This document shows, in pieces, positions 44,157 through 44,307 of a DNA stretch of 44,307 bases. The position numbers and the translations under genes are program-made. The notes beneath the pieces were generated by a model. The model did not search any database, was not told the origin of the DNA, and was given only the letters and a program-made list of their open reading frames with translations. The first letter of the stretch is position 1. Each line of letters opens with the position of its first letter. The stretch covers positions 1-44,307 of the forward strand of contig JAADGB010000119.1 of assembly GCA_013152575.1 (NCBI GenBank). Reading direction: 5' to 3'. Source of the stretch: Thermoproteota archaeon. GTDB taxonomy: Archaea > Thermoproteota > Thermoprotei_A > Sulfolobales > Acidilobaceae.

Positions 44157-44307
44157 TAGCGTTTAATTCAACTACTTCATATTGAAAAACATCCTAGAGC
44201 CGTAGGTATCATGCCTGAAGCGATTCCCCAGGCCGTGTTAATTTCTTTCAGTCAATGTAATGGTCTGATGTTAAGTGCACGATTTCATGAGATTTATTCA
44301 CAGTTAA

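Noticed and set aside
44210-44307. Open frame from ATG 44210 (MPEAIPQAVLISFSQCNGLMLSARFHEIYSQL...) running off the right edge.
   Set aside because: Only 32 codons are visible, with no motif. That is too little evidence to call a gene.

Overview
This is a 44.3 kb, gene-dense chromosomal segment with about 50 CDS and one tRNA. It has roughly 50% G+C by eye. I saw no rRNA, CRISPR array, cas gene, transposase, integrase or viral gene. The gene content is clearly archaeal: GGGP synthase, TiaS, Hjc, PriL, Elf1, Sec61-beta, Trm5/Taw3 and CTP-type riboflavin kinase. Frequent TTG/GTG starts, Thr-rich stalks on secreted proteins, short leaders and shared 4-nt stops fit a hyperthermophilic crenarchaeon (Desulfurococcales-like). 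That taxonomic call is inference only.

Layout:
- 1-7175 (minus strand): a five-gene Opp/Dpp-type ABC importer operon.
- 7.3-20.2 kb: housekeeping genes (tiaS, rpiA, secG, mazG-like, GGGP synthase, elf1, ahcY, tRNA-CAU, octa-CBS protein, VIT1-like, M20 deacylase, AdoMetDC-like).
- 20.3-23.9 kb: a flippase-like / GT4 / NodB-deacetylase / PNP-like glyco-module.
- 24.1-26.4 kb: a stomatin-NfeD pair.
- 26.5-30.7 kb: hjc, a PIN-ATPase, a degenerate amidohydrolase-like gene (28604-29479) and thiI.
- 30.7-33.6 kb: a block of four uncharacterised genes.
- 33.6-36.1 kb: trm5-taw3 and priL.
- 36.1-44.2 kb: SagB-type dehydrogenase, PrpD-like, a surface protein, ribK, CoADR/Nox, an amidohydrolase, and Pcc1-like and CitG-like genes.

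Main non-genic signals:
- A 377-bp gap (9603-9979) carries two exact and two degenerate origin-recognition-box (ORB) elements around a T/A-rich core. This is a candidate replication origin, and no orc1/cdc6 gene lies in the window.
- The 7-mer GGGWCCC is about 10-fold over-represented.
- A GC-rich hairpin followed by ACA (40141-40212) is a possible H/ACA-like sRNA.
- Convergent genes repeatedly share a 4-nt stop or overlap by 48-50 nt.

I found no recognisable defence or mobile system. The best candidates for undescribed biology are the origin, the 30.7-33.6 kb hypothetical block and the glyco-module.
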